Of a stretch of DNA of 64,000 bases, positions 1 through 13,683 are shown piece after piece. The notes under the pieces are model-generated. The model searched no databases. It had not been told where the DNA came from and saw only the letters and a program-made list of their open reading frames with translations. The stretch is from Fistulifera solaris. Its lineage: Eukaryota. Both the position numbers and the translations under genes were made by a program. Where the stretch lies: the NCBI GenBank assembly GCA_030295235.1, contig AP026128.1:620001-684000 (forward strand), written 5' to 3'. Each line of letters opens with the position of its first letter. Within the stretch, counting starts at the first letter, position 1.

Positions 1-1
1 G

Positions 2-2498
2 AGTTTAGGGTATGGGTTCGGTGTTGATCACGGTGTCCGACACGATCTTGTTCCTGTTGCAGCAAATCCAAACGTTTCTGAAACAGCAGCGCAGGTTTCT
101 CTGTCAAGCTCTGTATTCCGTGATACAATTGCTGCATCAGGTGGTCTCCTGATCGTTGATCCACGTGACATGACTGCCGCAGAATGGCTCCGTTTACTTG
201 TCTTACTAGCCATGAAATGTGCTTCAAGTGATGTTCTTCAGGCTTTGATTGGAAAAATGGAGACCGAAGCCGCGGAAAAGATGACTCGGCCACTCGAATC
301 AGTTCAGCAGATAACCTCTTTATCACAAATATTGCCACCGGTTAAGACCGATGAAATCACAGATATTCAGCTTGAATCTAAACCAGGTGATAATGGACAA
401 ACGCTTCGTGCTAAGGAGACTAAAGAGGCGAAAGTTTCTCATGCTGGCTCTGTCGTTGTTGAGGCTAGTTCAGTCGAAGTTGTTGAAGAAATTGATGTTG
501 ATACTCAAGCTGTCGCAGTTCCTTATAATACTAGTTCTGAGGCGAATTCCGGAACGGATGATCATGGCAATACAGGAGCATTCCATGATTTTGTGAATCC
601 GCTAGAGACTGCCATTCTTGAAAAGAAAAGACGCCAGAAAATCACCGAGGACAGCTTCACCGCCTATTGCATCAAGAATCAGATCCGATCGATTGTGGCC
701 TCATTTGAAGAGGATATGTTCTCACCCCTTGTCGACGCCGTGATGTCATCGAAGAACTCTCCGTTGAGTTTCTCTAGCCTCCGGTGCCATAGAGTTACAT
801 GTTATTTCTGTGGGTTGACGGATGTGGCTCTAGGAGCACCACTGGTGCGTGTCCCCTCAGATAGTGAGTGGGATCAACTCATACCACACTGTGCCAGGTC
901 CCGACAGACTCACCTGGTAGCCGAGATACCAGTGCAAGAGAGAGCTAGCACTACGAAGTTGCTATCTGTTAAGGTTACAATGGGCGACGAGCTATTTTCT
1001 ATTCCATTTTCTTCGTCTAGCGACGAGAGCTTTCCAGACAGCGGCATGATAGAGTTCTTGCCGAGATCACCATCAGGATTCCAGGATGAGCTTCGATTTC
1101 GGACTGACACGGGACTTCCATTCGTCACCGGTTGTTTGTCTGCTCACGAATGCTGTGCAGTTGCTGCCCACAATGCCCGAAAAGAGAAAATGGTACAATC
1201 ATACAAAGAGAGGGAAGCCGATTGGGTTGAAAAGAAATTTGGTATGGAATGCGGCAGGACGCTTGAAATCGGTCGAGATTGTGCAGGGAGATCATACTGG
1301 AAATTCTTTTCTGACCCAAGTGCTCTTTTGTTTCCGGAGTAACGGATATCGACACTCAAGAAGGCTCATGGCAAAGGTACAACGATAACGCCACGATAGC
1401 AAGTGTCATTGTCAGCTTGGGAAAACAAAATATTGTCAAAGACTTGAAGCGCTCGTATCCGGGTGCTAACGAATTAATCGTCAGTGGCCTCTGGTCAGAC
1501 CTGCTCTTAAAGCGTGCTTTCCCGGGAGTCGCTAAATACTTAGCTGGACGGGCTGGTCCGGATTCAAATGCTGATGTTGAAAGCGAGGGCGTAATAGAAG
1601 TTGAAGGAGGTTTTGAGGTAAGATTGTATGCGGTTATCATGGGCACCTTACTGTTAAGACTAACAAATAATGACAACCAGCCCTACAATATTGGGGAAAA
1701 GGTTTTGGTGGAAGCTCGCTCAGGAAATTTGCTTTGGGATGCGACCATTCTTGGGCAGTCATCGCGGAAGAAGGATGGCGGCGAGGCACTAATCATTGAT
1801 GCCTATCAGGTCAGCTATTCGGATTGGAGCTCTCGCTATATAGAATGGGTGGCGCCGAACAGAGTTGTCGAACCAAATGAAAACAATCGACTTTTGCAGG
1901 TAGGTACTCAATTTTCCGTTTAAAAAAGCTAATTTCTTCTTAACACAAATCGGCTGCAATACAGGATGAACTTGAGGCGGAGAATGCATTCTCTCGTTAT
2001 GGCCTTCCGCGCGAATTAAATAACCTTACAGCTGCGGACTTCCTTGAGGCTAGAGAACGTGCACGTGGCAAAGATCCTCTTCCCGACTTCACTCACATCG
2101 CACGATGCGACCCTAAAGCGTCGTCTGATGCCAAAACACTTCGCATAATGAAAGCTGCTTTGTTTGCGATTGAAGCTGCTTTGCCCGTAGGGTGCATTGA
2201 TAACCGTGAAAGTGGACCATGGAGGAAGAATTTTGCCGAAAAATGGAAACGCGCTGTTGAGGGCGCAGAGGGCCCTGACGTTCTTACTCGCTGCACTATT
2301 ATTCTAGAAGATACTATTTCACAGGAGTGGATCAGAGAAGATATAGGACATCTACGATCTTGTTTACCTGCTAGGTGGAAAGCCGTTGGGGAAGGTTCCG
2401 CGTCTGCTCTTGCTCTTCGTGTCCTTCTGTTAGATCGATCGATTATGTATGGGCAGATTGACCGCAAGCGTTTCTCGTCGCGTAAAAGAAAACGATAA
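2..2498 (+). CDS. 3' part of a large chromatin-associated protein (WHIM/WSD-like motif plus Tudor-knot-like domain); 5' end outside window
   Basis: Frame open from base 2. IGRDCAGRSYWKF resembles the WHIM2 LGxDRxxxxYW motif; YQVSYSDWSSRYIEWV resembles a Tudor-knot. Introns at 1618-1680 and 1900-1964 restore the frame to the stop at 2498. One frameshift in a T-run near 1325. Confidence 0.6.
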
Positions 2499-2526
2499 TA
2501 AGAATACAGAAACAAAACTTCTAAGT

Positions 2527-5500
2527 TTATAACTGCAATCCAATTCCAAGTGATTCTGCTGTTTGTTGGATTGCTTCTAAAGTCTCCATCAGTAAAGCAT
2601 TCTGTCGGGCGGCCACTGACCCAGGCAAACTAGATTGCGTCTCTACCTTGCATAACGTTGCAAGTTTTTGCAGAGAAGACGCGCATTCAATCTTCAAGTC
2701 ACTTTGGAAAGATTTCAGTCTGCCCAAGAGTTCTAGGATTCGAGACGAGGCTTCTCGTGCAGCCCTCGTTGCATCGGCCACATTACCATCACCAACTAAG
2801 GCGACGGGGACACCAACAGGCCCTAGCACTAACGGGAAGCATGCTAGAAGATGAGCTAAGACAGCACGTACAAGCATTTGTGACTCAAGCTCCAAGCGAA
2901 GACCTTGAAAGAGAACTATACGTAGTACTCGACCAGATACGACTAGCAGATCCACAGGTGTGATACTACTTCGTTCGGCAAGAATGTATAAGTACGCTTT
3001 CCAATCATCGATAGCTTCTGGTATATTGTCACAAAAATATTCAAACGCCAGGTTATCTGATATCTGCTTGATAATCATGGCCCCCAGGCCTTCTTGTGAA
3101 GCCACAAGTCGACGGATTAAACCTATCGATACCATGCATCGTTCTGCAGCGGATAGAGTAAAGAAGGACTGACAGAGACATTGCAGAACGATACAATTGC
3201 GTGCCGAGATGTACTCGGCGTCGGCACAATTGTCTTTCATCATCCCTTTAGCCAACCCGTCATTCATTTCAAGAAGGCGGCAAAGAACAAAAAGTGCAAT
3301 CCTTCGAAATCCGCTCTTTTCAGGACGACAAATGGGATTTTAAAAACTAGCAATGGATCCCTGCACAATACCGCATAAGAATAGTGCGGATGCGGTTTGA
3401 CTCTATTTCCCAACAAACCATTGACCGTTGTAGTAATAAGATCTGCTTCACTGAGAGATCCTGTTGCCATCAAGAAGAGCTTTTCGACAGATGCGCATGA
3501 AACATCACATTTCTCCTTTATACCCAAATGAATTGCGTTGCGCAGTTCAACTTTCCCTACGAGCCCCCAGCCTTTCCGGCGCTTCAGAGTAATTACCTGA
3601 TTCCAAAAAGAGACTTCTGGGGCCAATTTTTCAATCAAATGTAGAAAACTATCCGATGCAGCCTGACTCATAACATATTGTTTCGAGTTCATGATACACA
3701 GTCCATAAATTTCCCGCATCGGGATCGTTCCTAAATCGATACCGAATGGTGAGGTGGGAACGGCGTCTAAATATTCTAGGCAGTACAAAACCATCAACAA
3801 GAAGCGAGCACCTGAAGGGCTTAAAGTCTGGTATCCACGAGCAGGTAGGAGATCCGCCTTTAGACTCTGAACATGCAATGGCAGCACTAGGGGGAGCATC
3901 AAATTTTTGTCTGAACGGAGAAACTTTATGGATAAACGCACGAACTTGGGGACCGCTGAACACAGAAGCAAACTACTGCTCAAAGATTCATCTGTAAAGA
4001 TGCAATTCAATAAGCTTGTGCTTCGCAGTTGGTCCTCAGAAACACCACCACTTTGTTGCAATAATCTCAGTGCGTTAGAAATCTGATTTTCAACTTGCAG
4101 TTCATTCGTTGCCTTCTCGAAGAAATTGCGATCTGGATCCGTACAAAACCATTGGCAAAACTTAGTACATGTTCCAATAACTGACTCAACGAACCAAGGG
4201 TCCATACTTCCCGCCGCGGTAAGTAAACGAAAGACACCAGAACAAAGGTCATGCGGGTTGTTGAAAAGTAAGGAATCTGTCAACGCTGCGGCGTGTGCCT
4301 CACTCTGTCGCGAAGGACTAGGTTCACGGAGCGCATTCCGAAGGCTGTCTACAGCTTCCTGTTGAGTCGAATTATCGGTCATAGTGCTGCTGCACTGAAC
4401 CATGGCGAAGCTCAGGATGCAACAGAGTACCATGGAATAACATCGATCGAAGGGGCTCGACTCATAATTTCCTGCAACTCCTAATGTAAGCTGTTCTCGT
4501 ATTTTGATCAATGATCCCAACAACGACTTCTGTTTTGTTGCATCCATGACTGTAAGTAAGTTATCTGCTGGAACACGAAGAAGTACCCATGATAACGCTG
4601 ACATAGTAAAGCGACGACGAGTCAACACTCTTCGACGAGATTCGGCGGTCGTCAGCTTTACGAGGTCATCCAACACAAATGCAATCACTGAGCTCAGCAA
4701 TGTCGAATTTTCCGTCAAATGATTAGCCAATGTCCTCATTTTCACTCGAGCAGGACCTTGTTCTTTTCAAAAGCATTTCCTCTCCTGAGGACAGTGAGTC
4801 CGTCAACAACCACAATGCCAACAAGGGATCATGTTTCATAGCTAGTTCCAATTGAACATCAATCATCACCCCGTCTCGTTCCAACAAACTCCGAATCCGA
4901 CTCGCTTCTCGCGCTGATAATGACGCTAATGATCGAATGGCTTGTCGCGCGGAGGATGCAATGGCGTGATTTTTGGCTCTGGACTGCGACGCCTTTTCGT
5001 AGGCCCGAATGCAACCGCGTACTAAAGTCGGTATAGCGGCAGGGGCATTGGCTCCCATACGAGCAATCAAGCTAGGAGTTTGAGGGACAGCGGCTCGACA
5101 AAGCGCGCACTGTAAGCAAGAACTCGAGTTAGAGATGCACGAAACGGGCATCCGCCTGGATAAATACTTGCGACTGTTGTATCACACTTACCGCAACATG
5201 ATCATGCCGCAAAACTGCCGCGTGATGCATAAGCGACACCACAGTAGCTCCTAAATCACTGCTCACCATGGCTCCACCAACGTTTTTGTCCACTTTGGAG
5301 CCCGGTTCGGCCAAGAGCGATTCTTCCACGGAGATGGACCAGTCGACAAGCTCATCATCATCCTTTTTGGGTGGTTTCAGCGACTGTACCACTAGCGAAG
5401 AAAGTTCCGCCAGTGTTCGTACTACATTTGCCTCTTGCGAGTCTTCGCCTTGTGTATTGATGGTCAAGCGCGGATCCACGCTGGAGCGACGTGGACCCTG

Positions 5501-5944
5501 ACGATGAGTCTCTTTCGCGGATACGACATCGTCATCACCCGATAAAGAGTCATTGTCATCGATTTCCATTTCTCCCGCATCCTTGGGTCGCGCCAACAAC
5601 AAGTCTTCCGTCTGTTTTGTCAAGGTACGCAGAGGTTTAAGGTTGGATATTTTCCGACACACGGCCGGTGCTAAATGAACGGCCGTCACTTCGACTCCTT
5701 CCGCGATGGAATAAATGGCCGCTCGTTGCTCCAAACGTCGAACGGCTTCGTTCAATACTTCGTCGTCATCATTCTCCGTCGTATCAAATGAAGGTACACT
5801 GGACAACGGACGAGCCGCCGCGAGAATGCGCAAGAGCGTGGGGAGACGACGCATTTCGGGTGCCGACGGAGTCGGTTGCGTCGGTAAACCCATTTCAAAA
5901 TCTCCCAAGGCGATCCCGTCATGTAAGGAGAGTTTCGGTGTCAT
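2527..5944 (-). CDS. Large helical protein, probably Integrator complex subunit 2-like
   Basis: Consecutive minus-strand ORFs (5129-6049, 4723-5151, 3264-4745, 2527-3267) joined by an intron near 5110-5190 and two frameshifts. YSYAVLCRDPLLVFKIP resembles the INTS2 C-terminal LxxDPLxV motif (recognised from memory). Confidence 0.5.
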
Positions 5945-6047
5945 TTTAATATTATTGTGTGATTTGGAAAATGCTGAGTTGTTGGATGACATGTCAAAGC
6001 ATTTTAACACGAATGTAATTGACGGCATTATTTGGTAGCATCCTTTC

Positions 6048-6552
6048 ATAGAAAGTCTGGGAGTGTGATACTTTTACGTGTTCAGAAAATATGTGGGAGA
6101 GTGTTCTCGCATGGTTCTCGCACGTACCCAGAAAATGTGGGAGTGTGTTGTGTGCACGTACCCAGAAAAAGTGGGAGTGTGGTATTTGCACTTACCCAGA
6201 AAATGTGGGCGAGTGTTATTTGCACGTACCCAGAAAATGTGGGTGTGTGTTGTTTATACGTACCCAGAAAATGTGGGGGTGTGTTGTTTATACGTACCCA
6301 GAAAATGTGGGCGTGTTTTGTTTGCACATACCCAGAAAATGTGGGGATCTGTTGTTTGCACTTACCCAGAGAATGTGGGAGTGTGTTGTTTCACTTACTA
6401 AGAAAATGTGGGAGTGTGTTGTTTATACGTACCCAGAAACGAAAATGTGGGGGTGTGTTGTTTGCAAGTAGCCAGAAAATGTGGGTGTGTGTTAGTTGCT
6501 TGCACTTACGTAGATTACCAGGTAGTAGTACCAGGTACAGTACCCAGAAAAT
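6048..6552. repeat. 34-bp minisatellite, about 14 copies (unit GTACCCAGAAAATGTGGGGGTGTGTTGTTTGCAC)
   Basis: CAGAAAATGTGGG recurs every 34 bp; same family as 25858-26070. Confidence 0.95.
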
Positions 6553-6692
6553 TCGCGGTCATCCGCGACCGCAAGACCAAGATCCATTATTTGTTCGGTG
6601 AAAAGACTTTTGCCATTATTATTGTTCTCATTGAAGAGTATCACATCATTACTTGTCAATCTTTAAAGAATGCACCACTCGTCATTTTCATA

Positions 6693-8096
6693 ATGGCTCC
6701 CAAAAATAAGAACTTTGAAGAACTCAAGGAGCGATTGAATGCGCTGAAAACAGAACAGCGAGAACTGCAAGCGCTCTATCAAGAACGAGCCAACCAGCGC
6801 GTCGAGTATCAAAACAAAATGGCCAGTCTCAACGTCATGTTGCAAAAACGCAGTTTGGATACGATGTTAATCGAAGATGTCGTCGTTGTGACGCTCGTGG
6901 CCGAAAACAATGCGCGCGAACGGTACGCTCTCCTGCCTCCGGCACCCACGAAAACGGCCATTACGGTGGAACCCGGGCAGAAAACGAAAAGTCTCGAGGA
7001 GGCCTGTAACGTCTACCGAAGCCAAATTGAAGTATTGGAGGAAATGATTGAATACCGAAGAACATTGACAGCGACCGAACGAGATTTGGATCTTTTGTAT
7101 CGACAAGCCGTCGATGACATACTGGATATCATGGACGAGTATTGTGATGACGAGAAACTCAAAGCCGACATGATCTCGTTTGCCGCAGCTGGAACGGCTC
7201 CATGTTCTCCGCGCAAAGAGACGAAGAAGCGGACAATTAGCAGAATACTTTCGTCACCAGGAACATTCTTCTCGCCCAAGAAAGAAGCGGTAAAAGACAC
7301 CATGCAGAATGATTTGCTGCCTGCTCCCCTCTCGGTCGCGCCACCGGAAACGCCGAAACAAGCGTTTTCCCATTTCAAAGAAAACGCCGAGTTGAATGAA
7401 CTGAAATTAGCACCCCTCATGGATGTGAGCGAAAACGACGGTAGCAACAATGATGGAGACGTGTTTGTGAACACGGATCGGGACAATAAGACCGTGGGAT
7501 CGCCGGATCGGCGGAAAAAGAAAAAAGGCCAGTAAAAAAAATTGTTGAAGTAGAAGAACAGGATAATGAAAACGTTGATGAAAAGAAGACGAAGAAAAAG
7601 AAGAAAAAGAGTGAAACTGTCACGGAAGAATCAACCACACCGGGAATTCACGAGTCGTCGGAAGTAGACCAAGAAGCTGAAAGTGACGTTATAGAAAAGA
7701 AGAAAAAGAAAAAGAAGAAACCACAAGAAGTTATCGAGAATGAAATCACACTGGAGGATCCAGTTGACAGCACCAAAGTAAAAAAGAAGAAGAAGAAAGG
7801 CGGCAACGATCAATCGGAAAGTCATAGTGAAAAGCTCGAGGGCAACCGAGACATTGAAGCTTTGCCGGAAGATGTCAGCGAACCAACCGAAGCAGCTCCT
7901 GTCGAGAAAACAAAGAAAAAGACGAAGAGCAAAATCAAGGGCACGGAAGACAACAATCCACCTTCATTGGTGAACGAGGTACCTGTAGCTGACAATCGAG
8001 AGAGCCCCAAGAAGAAGAAAAAGAAAAAAGCCAAAGGACGAAGAAGAAACGGAAAGCGAACTTTCAAACGAGAAAATCAAAAAGAAAAAAGAATAA
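6693..8096 (+). CDS. Coiled-coil protein with Lys/Glu-rich low-complexity C-terminus, unknown function
   Basis: ATG at 6693 (MAPKNKNFEELKERL). Heptad-like N-terminus; K/E-rich tail broken by several A-run frameshifts. 3' end approximate. Confidence 0.6.
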
Positions 8097-8616
8097 AGAG
8101 GAGTCCAATAGTGGGAGAAAAGCTGATCTGTAATCGGGCGAATCGTGTTCACATAATATCATGGATTATGTTGACTCCCTTCAACGTACCAGTAAGCGTA
8201 GATACCGAGCTTGCTATAAAATCGTTTTGATGCGACCGCTTAAAGCAGAAGATGAAAGCATTTCATCTTTTTCATCATCAAAGATATTTCTGGCAGTATC
8301 GATCTCTTACTTTGTCACTATAAATAGCGAAGGCCGATAACTCTAGACCCTAGAGTCCTCGAACCTTCCGGGACTGAAACAGTTTGAGTCGTTTGCTTTT
8401 GGTACAGTGTACAGTTCATTTTAGAGTGGAAATTTTTCGTCTAAGTAATGTCTCTAGTGGCGAGTGTTAGAGCGCCGGCCGACCTCCATTTTTATTTGGC
8501 GGTCAATTTTTTGAAAAAGCTTGACACGTTCCTCCTCGCACCTCCTCGATCCTCGAACAAACATTTCGAGAAACTGCTATCAACGAGATCAAATCTTTTC
8601 GTGCACACTATCTGAG

Positions 8617-11007
8617 ATGGCAGAGGCTTCGAATACAAACTCTAAAGACGAGATGCCACCTGCCGCTTCGCCCAGGCGGGCTAAGCGCGTTTCTGATCGC
8701 TTACGGTTTATTGAGATAATTCGCTCGTCGTCTTTACCCGAAGACGACACTTCGAGCCTCCATGCAGGACATGATACGTATGAGTATTCATCAGAACACA
8801 GATCTCTTTTAAAAGGCTCTCTTGGACGCGACAATTCCGCGATAGCCGCAGCCGGAAGAGGGAGCATGACAGACAACGAGAGGTTAGACGACACCGTGAG
8901 AATAACAAACAGAGACGGTAAAAAAACAAAGCTGTCGATATCAGCCAGTATTTTCGAGGAAACGATGCCAAACGAGCAAACTCCGTTAAGCTGGCAAGCC
9001 CGAAATCGCATCCCAGGTGGAGCAGCCGCCAAGCTCATGATTGTCGGACCTAAAAAGACAGACGACTCAGACGACACTGGATTTAAAACCACCGATTCGC
9101 ATCCGGACACACTTTCCGTCGGAAGTGCAGGACCGATTGAGGATAAGCTGAAGGAAATCGAGTTACAAATGCGGCAGGCCAAAGAAGAATTTGAAAAAGG
9201 CAGCACCGAGAATCGCCGCTACAACCAACGCGACGACGAAGATATTTTTAGATCGCGACGAAAATATGCCAGCTCGTATTGACTGCTCTTCTACTCCGAA
9301 ATTTCTCATTCGCGGAGAAAATTTCCACGAGACTGCGGCGGCCGCAGTTCTGGCTTTGCTATCCACCAGAACACACCAATCTGTTTTCGGTAGCTACGAT
9401 GAATTGGTGTATACGTATTCGACCAACAAAAAGCCCTTGAGCCCCCGAAACAACGTTGTCATCGACAGTGCGTCCTACGAATCTCCTGAAAAACGGGATA
9501 TCGCCCAATTTGTCTTATCCGAACATACTGAGAAGAAACTGCAAAGTCTACGTACTCAAATGCGAGATCCCAACAAGACGATGACTGATTTACTGACAAA
9601 GATTGCCAGTTCCGACGATGGAGAGATGGATCTGGGATACATGGTACGAAGGAAGAATGCATGCGGTGCTTTACACACGTTGACAGCAACAAAAAAGAAC
9701 CAGCAGCCTATTTGCTGGACCTTGGGAGTTTTGACCGCGCTAACAAGTGTACTCGTAGACGGACGCGGCGCCTCGGAGACTCAGCTGAAACGTACGTTTC
9801 CGGATGATCGAATTCGGGAAGAATACAAACAAGCCCGTAACCGTGCAATTGCGGCACTGATGAACCTGTGCATGCCGAAGGAGAATCGGATTGCCATCAC
9901 GCATACTCCTGATCTGGTTCAAACCGCAATATCAATTATTCTGGAAGACGATGACGACGGTATCGCCAGGAGGGCTGTTGCGCCATTCTGGCTTATCTAG
10001 GCAAATCTTCCGAAAATCGGTTGCTGTTGGCCCAAGTACCTGGCTTACTCGACGCATTGATGAAAGTTCTCGCACCCAAAGGAGAAAATCAGTCGACGGT
10101 TGTCATCCCAGAGTGCAACTCCAGTACAAGCAACCTCAAAATGACTTCTCTATCAGCCCAGTCCATGCTGAGCTCTTCTTCGGCTGATAGCGGCGACTCG
10201 ACAATCAGCGCAGAATCGAGCTACCGAAGTTCCTTCAGCAGGGGAACAGACGAACTCGATTCCCCACCCGCATCACCACGAGCCGAAGAATACCTCTATG
10301 ATGACGGGGTAGATGATCTTCTGAAAGCAGCACGTCAGAATGCATTCGCTTTGATACTTCATTTGATTAAAGAGAAAGACAATGCTTATCATTTTGCCCG
10401 CAACGACGAATTCGTAAGGACAATGGTTGAAATTTCAAAGTTTCAAGAAAGTCCCTCGCATGTATTGGCAGTCAAAGTCCTTGCAAATCTTACCCGTCAT
10501 CGCTTGAACACCAATGCCCTTGTTTTTGAGAGACGTGTGGTCGTTTCTGCTTTGGTCCGCGCCCTTGGTTCACCCCATTCACACACCCGTGAATACGCCT
10601 GCTATGCTCTCCAGAATATCGCTCAAGACAAATCCTGCCGCCAAGAGTTAGCAACGACACCCAATTTGATCGAATCACTCTGTCAATGCACACGCCAATC
10701 GTCCGGAGAGGCCGAACGATTGGCAGCTACATCGGCATTGAAGAACATGTGCGACGAACCAGCCAATTTGATCCCGATGTCCAACACACCCGATGGTATT
10801 TCGTCGTTGATGCTTTTGACACACGACGAAGGTGTTTCGGATGTTATCCAGTATCGAGCATGCGATGCCATCTCGACATTGAGTTACTGGCTGCGAAAGA
10901 TCGCCACCAGCGGCAAGGCTTTGGATTGCAGTTTGCAAGGGACGACACCACCAGACGATCTTTTCGTACCAACTCTCCGGGTGGTGACATGGAATCAGTG
11001 GCAGTGA
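8617..11007 (+). CDS. Armadillo-repeat protein
   Basis: Three ORFs (8521-9282, 9191-10000, 10021-11007) joined by two frameshifts. ARM-like helices: AIAALMNLC, ACYALQNIAQ, ATSALKNMC. Confidence 0.75.
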
Positions 11008-11133
11008 AAAACAAAAAGTGCCAGATTTTTTATTTCAATTGATTGATTTGTGTGTAAGGATACATTTATGCATGTCTATTACAACAAAGATGGATCATCG
11101 TTAATCGTTTCAAATGGCTGCTTCAATACTTTT

Positions 11134-11781
11134 TCAGTACGTCATATGCCGCTGTACAACTATTTCTCGTTCAATGTGCTGTTCATCCCTTTGCGCTCGT
11201 AAAATAGCGTACGCCGTGATGGCTGTGATCAAATACACGAATCCTGTCACCATGCACTGTATCATGGCGAACACATGCCCACGTAGTTCAATTGTGGAAC
11301 ACGTTCGAGCATCCTCGAACCGCCATCGTTTCGTCGTACAAGGTTGAAAGGATGCCAAGGCAGCAAAGAGAGGTGTCCACATGAATAGGTCGATGATGGC
11401 TGTAGAAAATGTCACGAAAGCGAAGGATATGCAAAATACCGGAGAATGATGCATCGCACACCCGTGAGCGAGGAGAGCAATCGCCATTTCCCAAAGCAAT
11501 CGTGGCAATCGCAAGGGCCACGGTATCGAAGAATCCGTTCGTAGACTATTGATTAGGACATTGATAACGGCGACAGTGGATGTTAGACGAAATTGAGGAA
11601 CCGCTTGCTGAATGATATTTTGGGTGCTGGACAAATAGGTTTTGTGGCGTCGATGTTCTTGAGCGTTTCTGGGAATCAAAAGACCCCGCTTGCTGTGTGG
11701 AGCTTCGGGAACAGACAAAGATGCATGTGTGTTCCAGAATAGAAGACACAATAAAACGGAGACAAGACGGGTAAATTTCAT
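11134..11781 (-). CDS. Small membrane protein with signal peptide, unknown function
   Basis: MKFTRLVSVLLCLLFWNTHA signal peptide; 3-4 hydrophobic segments. Confidence 0.6.
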   Translation of the reverse strand: MKFTRLVSVLLCLLFWNTHASLSVPEAPHSKRGLLIPRNAQEHRRHKTYLSSTQNIIQQAVPQFRLTSTVAVINVLINSLRTDSSIPWPLRLPRLLWEMAIALLAHGCAMHHSPVFCISFAFVTFSTAIIDLFMWTPLFAALASFQPCTTKRWRFEDARTCSTIELRGHVFAMIQCMVTGFVYLITAITAYAILRAQRDEQHIEREIVVQRHMTY

Positions 11782-11979
11782 GCTGTTCAAATTTGTTGCT
11801 TGTCGTCCTACGGAGTATTTGTTGTGTCTTCGCTTTCGTGTCCGTTTCTCCGGGTGAATCACAATCAAGACAACAACATCTACAATTCGATGATTTCATC
11901 TAGTAGTCCTATTAATTGATCATTTTATTGATAGGTTCTTCTATTGATCCATCATGGTTTACCATTCACTCATGATTAT

Positions 11980-12928
11980 AAGTGCGCGTTCCAGAAATTC
12001 TGGAAAATTTGATCATGAGAAGAAAGAAGCGAAAGTGCCAGTTCCAGAAATTCTGGATTTATTGGATACGTTATTATTTCTAATCATACAGAAATTCTGT
12101 GTCGGTCCAGAAATTCTGGACCACCAATTTTTGGTTCTACCGAAATGATGTGCACGCTCCAGAAACTCTGGACACGGTATTTTGGATCATAGCGAACGCA
12201 AGTGCGCGTTCTAGAACTTCTGGAAAGTGGGGTTTGATCATGAAGAAAGAAAGTGCCTGTTCCAGAAATTCTGGAATTTGGATGCGGTATTTTTAATCAT
12301 ACAGAAATTCTGTGATTGTCCAGAATTTCTGGACCACCAGTTTTCTTGATGCTACCGAAACTTTGTGCACTTTCTAGAAACTCTGGACACGGAGTTTTGG
12401 ATCTTAGCGAAAGCAAGTGCGCGTTTCAGAAATTTTGGAAAGTGTGGTTTGATCATGAAGAAAGAAAGTGCCCGTTCCAGAAATTCTGGATTTTGGATAC
12501 GGTATTATTTCTAATCATACAGAAATTCTGTGATGGTCCAGAATTTCTGGAACACCAGTTTTGTCGATCCTACAAAATATTGTGCACGTTCCTGACACTC
12601 TGGACACAGTGTTTTGGATCATAGCGAACGCAAGTGCGCGTTCCAAAACTTATGGAAAGTGTGTTTTGACTATGAAGAAAGCAAGTGCCCGTTCCAGAAA
12701 TTCCGGAATTTGGATACGGTGTTTCTAATCATACAGAAATTCTGTACTATTTTAGAAATTCTGGACCACCAATTTTTGGTCCTACCGAAATGTTGTGCAC
12801 GTTCCAGATACTCTGGATACGTTGTTTTGGATCATAGCGAACGCAAGTGAGCGTTTCAGAAATTCTGGAAATTGTGTCTTGATCACACTGTCAAAGGAAG
12901 AAAGTGCGTGTTCCAGAAATTCTGGACA
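11980..12928. repeat. Higher-order tandem repeat: about 216-bp unit x ~4.4, each with five copies of a TCCAGAA-N-TTCTGGA-type palindrome
   Basis: Units start near 11981, 12201, 12416, 12633 and 12846 with AGTGCGCGTT; about 22 palindromic cores in total. Confidence 0.92.
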
Positions 12929-13063
12929 ATAGGATTGCGCGGGACTGCATGCCGTGTGCGGTGTGACGTGGCATTTTTGCGGACGCGACAGAAAATCGCG
13001 TTGAACAAAATACAAGCCATTGCGTTGAAACGGTCCCTCAACATTTCATTCCTGCGCACAACC

Positions 13064-13683
13064 ATGAGACCGATTCAATTTTGCATTCAGTATACACCAC
13101 AGCAGTTGTTGCATCGAGGCAGCCGCCGCGCGTTCTTCACGAACACGGATCAAATGAATCGAGAAGATCCGTATCAACAGCTCGGCTTGCAATGGGGCGA
13201 CGGCGCCACGACGGCCGAAATTCGACAAGCCTATCGTCGCAAAGCCGCACAACTACACCCAGATGTCAACAAAAGGATTCACCGCAAGTGGCGTTACGTA
13301 AATTTCAAGAACTACAACGCGCGTATCAGTCACTAATGAAAATACACAGCCACGCCGTCAGCACCGAGAAGGAGGAGGAATGGAGATTTTCTGTCTGGAG
13401 GAACGGGGATCGGATCGCCACCAATCGAACGGATGTAGCGGGAGTGTTACGGAAACGACCGAAACCACCGGCGGAATTATCGTCGCGACAGCGGGGCGCA
13501 TTGTTGGGTCATCCATCGGGGACGGGGACTGTAATAAGGAACGAATATTTAGGAGACGGACAAGCAGCACCTTCGTCGTCGGTAGGGAGAGGTCAAAGCA
13601 AGTGGGTGAAACCGAAAGAATTTGTTCCCTGGGACGGAAAAGTGGTGGTATCTGCTAGCGAACGAGTCAAGAGCAAAAAGTAG
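13064..13683 (+). CDS. Small DnaJ (J-domain) protein, possibly mitochondrial
   Basis: DPYQQLGL...EIRQAYRRKAAQLHPD; continues as KFQELQRAYQSL after an A-run frameshift near 13270. Basic N-terminal extension. Confidence 0.8.

Noticed and set aside
1..20. Telomere-like TTTAGGG at the window start (and TTAGGG near 43572)
   Set aside because: Single copies; the first lies within an open coding frame.
5994..6601. Cys-rich repetitive ORFs (YPENVGVCC...), also at 25763-26250
   Set aside because: Translations of the 34-bp minisatellite cycling through frames.
11954..12928. CRISPR array interpretation of the palindromic repeats (also the 30764 and 37441 arrays)
   Set aside because: Eukaryotic context, intervening sequences recur periodically instead of being unique, and no cas genes are present.
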